The notes beneath the pieces are model-generated. The model saw only the letters and a program-made list of their open reading frames with translations, was not told the origin of the DNA and did not search any database. A stretch of DNA of 64,000 bases from Pristiophorus japonicus. Taxonomy: Eukaryota. The position numbers were made by a program, and so were the translations under genes. This document shows positions 61,660 through 64,000 of this stretch, in pieces (the first letter of the stretch is position 1; each line of letters opens with the position of its first letter). The stretch covers positions 310,001-374,000 of the forward strand of contig NW_027252889.1 of NCBI RefSeq assembly GCF_044704955.1, written 5' to 3'.

Positions 61660-63325
61660 ACCAATCCTTTCTTATATTTAAGGAGGGAGATGAAACTTGT
61701 CCAGGGAACTATAGATCAGTCAGCTTAACATTAGTCATAGGAAAATTAATGCAATCCCTACTAAAGGAGAAAATAGAAGCACATCTATAAACCAAAAATA
61801 TAATAATGGATAGCAGCCTGGATTTCAAAAGGAAATGTCTTGCTTGACCAGCCTCATTGAAAAGGTAACAGAGAGAGTAGATAAGGGCAATGCAGTAGAT
61901 GTCATTTATCTAGATTTTCAAAAAGCCTTCAATAAGGTACCACAAAATAGACTAAAATATAAGGTCAGAGAAGGTGGAGTCAGGAGACAAGTAACAGAAT
62001 GGATAGCTAGCTGGCCTCATGACAGAAAGCAGAGAGGAGGGGTAAAGGGTAGCTATTGACAGTGGCAGAATGTGGGGAGTGGTGTTCTACAAGGATCAGT
62101 GCTGGGACCAATGTTGTTCACAATTTATATTAATGATTTAGACTTTGGAATCAAAGACACAATTTCTAAATTTGCCGATGACACTAAATTGGAGGGTAGT
62201 CAATACTGAGGAGGACCGCAACAAATTATAAAGGAGGACATTAATAAACTTGCAGAATGGGCATCTACTTGGCAAATTAATTTCAAACAGAAAAATGTGA
62301 GGTGTTACATTTTGGTGGGAAGAATAAGGAGGTCACTTATTGTTTGGATCGTGCGAGTCTGGGTGGGGTCGAGGAACAAAGGGATCTCGGAGTACAAATA
62401 CACCAATTGATGAAAGTTGTGACACAGACTAACAAGGCCATAAAATAAGCAAACCAGGCACTGGGGTTTATTTCTAGAGGGACAGAATTGAAAAGTAGCG
62501 AAGCTATGCTAAACTTGTATCAAACCTTGGTTAGACCACACTTGGAGCACTGCGTACAATTCTGGTCACCATATTACAGATAGGATATAGAGGCACTGGA
62601 GCGGGTGCAGAGAAGACTTACAAGGATGATAGTGAAATGCGAGGGTAAACCTATCAGAAAGTGATGAACAGGCTGGGTCTCTTTTTGCTTGATAAAAGAA
62701 GGCTGAGGGGTAACCAATAGAGATCTTTAAAATGATGAAAGGTTTTGATCGAGTAGTTACAGAGAGAATGTTTTCACTCGAGGACATCAATATAAGATAG
62801 TCACCCACAAATCAATTAGGAATTCAGAAGAAACTTCTTTACCCAGAGAATGGTGAGATGTGGAGTAGTTGAGGCAAATAGTATCGATGTATTTAAGGGG
62901 AGGCTAGATGAGATATGTGTACGCACTAGGTCCGTGCAGCAGAGCTGGTTTCTAATCGTCTTGGTTAACCCTTGCCATTGGACCAAGACCTCGCTCTGTC
63001 AAGCCCATGTGGTGGCTGGTGTGCAACGGCCACCAGATTTTAAAAACATCCAAGCACAGGCATCTTCCAACCTTGAGGATGTAGTTCAGGGTCTTCATTG
63101 AAACACCTGTGAACTCATCCTTTTTTGGCATGGAAGCAAGTCATCCTCATTTCGAGGGACTGCCTATGATGATTGATTGAGAAGTATAGAAGGGAGAAGT
63201 GAATCGAGGGTTATCCTGATAGTTAGATGAGTGGAGACAGGGGGAGGCTCGAGTGGAGTATAAACGCCAGCATGGACTGGTTTAGCTGAATGGCCTGTTT
63301 CTGTGCTGTATTCCTATGTAATCAT
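61660..63325 (+). mobile_element. Old CR1 LINE, with an RTE-tailed SINE (62915-63175) in its 3' end
   Basis: YLDFQKAFNKVP, FADDTK, RPHLE motifs; the SINE matches 8940-9210. Confidence 0.8.
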
Positions 63326-63687
63326 TCACCTCCATTAGCCTTTACAAGGCTTTATCCGGACCGCAATGTCCTTTGCACCATGATCGCCTATCATTCCAGA
63401 TTAGGACCTGGAATGCAGGGAGGTAACTTTCGATACCCGTTCCAGTTCCACCTCCCCAAGCAGTGATCAGCAGCCTCGGGTGTGAATGGTACAATAGGAC
63501 ATTGTAGACTTTCAGACTCGGTGAGGGGCAAGTCAGCATGTCTACACTCAGACTGTATGACAGTAGTCCGGTATTTCTACAGTCTGGGACCCACTCCTGG
63601 GTCCCTCTGTCAAGTTGACGTGTTGCTTCCCATTGGTGCTTGAATGACGGGGTGACACTCTTGCTGCCACATTTGTCCTAGGTGGAG

Positions 63688-64000
63688 GTCATCATCATAG
63701 GCAGTCCCTCGGAATAGAGGAAGACTTGCTTCCACTCCTCAAGTGAGTTATTTGGTGGCTGAATAGTCCAATACGAGAGCCACAGACTCTGTCACAGGTG
63801 GGACAGATAGTCGTTGAGGGTAAGGGAGGGTGGGACTGGTTTGCCGCATGCTCTTTCCGCTGTCTGTGCTTGATTTCCGCACGCTCTCGGCGTTGAGACT
63901 CGAAGTGTTCAACACCCTCCCGATGCACTTTCTCCACTTAGGACGGACTTTGGCCAGGGACTCCGAGGTGTCAGTGATGATGTCGCACTTTATCAGTGAG
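63688..64000 (-). mobile_element. RTE-clade LINE 3' end
   Basis: CPTCDRVCGSRIGLFSH; same tail as 1-580. Confidence 0.85.

Overview
Vertebrate, almost certainly cartilaginous-fish (shark-like), genomic DNA dominated by nested transposons. It holds many CR1 LINEs plus RTE, L2 and Tx1 fragments, an RTE-tailed SINE-like element, a Mag-type Gypsy element and a third gag-bearing LTR element. There are also Harbinger remnants, a 4.4 kb 10-bp satellite, and two class-I-like endogenous retroviruses (21889-28902 and about 33125-41714), both lacking the RT catalytic core. The only host-gene material I can see is on the minus strand: two germline-joined, RSS-less VJ-type Ig exons (21056-21404 and 7870-8212), both frameshifted, a probable decayed leader exon (about 29401-29461) and a probable tyrosine-motif cytoplasmic exon (4922-4964). 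Together these suggest a pseudogenised non-rearranging tandem-V immune receptor stretched to about 25 kb by TE insertions. Other highlights are a 2H-phosphoesterase-like domain in ERV2 pol, an intact stand-alone RNaseH-integrase ORF and anchorless Env in ERV1, and a non-coding block shared by the two otherwise different ERVs. All calls were made by eye, without searches.
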